DNA of 28,837 nt from Vitrella brassicaformis CCMP3155 (taxonomy: Eukaryota > Protista > Chromerida), in contig CDMY01000704.1 of NCBI GenBank assembly GCA_001179505.1, positions 1 to 28,837 on the forward strand, in the 5' to 3' direction. The notes under the pieces were generated by a model. It worked only from the letters and a program-made list of their open reading frames with translations, ran no database searches and was not told where the DNA came from. The position numbers and the translations under genes are program-made. Below are positions 28,346-28,837 of the stretch, in pieces (the first letter of the stretch is position 1; each line of letters starts with the position of its first letter).

Positions 28346-28837
28346 GGAAAATGGAAAGAAGTCAGAAGGCTCATGCAGCGCCGATGACTGATTTCGGCTT
28401 GGATGCATGTTTTCGGCTTGGATGAGGTACACTAAGCCCAACTGCTCCCGGGCGGTGTCCCAGATGGAGCGGTGTCTAATGGTAGAGTGTGACTGCTTTG
28501 AGTTTGAACGACGGACACTATGCAGACCTCCGGAGGACCTGAGTGGCCACACTGGAGCATGAAAAGGCTTCACCAAGCAACATTGAACCAAAGATTCAAC
28601 AGTCCAACACCAGTCCATTCTAGACCCCGGCGGGGCCGGGGGATGCACACCACAGCCCTTGTTTTTTTTTTTTCCTTAGTGCAGAACACGTGCGTAAACT
28701 CCATCTAATGAGGGGTATGACGGGCATGTTGCACTGCCATGTACGTGTAGACTGCGATTTTGTGAGCAGACTGGGATGGGCGACGTCGAGACACGTTTTG
28801 GTTGACGGTGTGGTGATGTCGATGTGGCACGCGTGGC

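Noticed and set aside
1-28837. tRNA, rRNA or snRNA genes
   Set aside because: No cloverleaf with A/B boxes or recognisable structural RNA sequence was seen by eye. A covariance-model scan was not possible.

Overview
Eukaryotic, GC-rich, repeat-dense draft-assembly window with four nominal 300-N gaps. Short GT-AG introns and GT/ATGG/TGAA microsatellites suggest an intron-bearing protist (possibly a Vitrella-like chromerid; inference only). Main contents: (1) a young Ty1/copia-type LTR element at 1901-11582 (TGTCG...CGACA LTRs, 5-bp TSD ATCTC, PPT). Its long ORF has Gag, a CCHC knuckle and protease but no recognisable integrase or RT. In their place are a hydrophobic helix and a two-repeat Cys-containing domain, and an RNase H tail follows a single TAG. 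(2) Three related TGTT...CA(A/G)(C/T)A LTR-like insertions with 4-bp TSDs (11940-14618, 20425-21176, 23096-23817). One encloses a signal-peptide gene fragment, and two sit in the same hairpin-bearing repeat. (3) Decayed PIF1-family helicase fragments on the minus strand that the ORF track does not label, one inside nested direct and inverted repeats. (4) Non-coding structure: a convergent ~21-bp-phased GGAAAACTG array, a 149-bp near-perfect palindrome and triplets of small palindromes. (5) An intact-looking two-exon gene for a secreted FG-GAP/ASPIC-UnbV (CRTAC1-like) protein, a horizontal-transfer candidate. All alignments and domain calls were made by eye, without database searches. Duplications next to gaps may be assembly artefacts.
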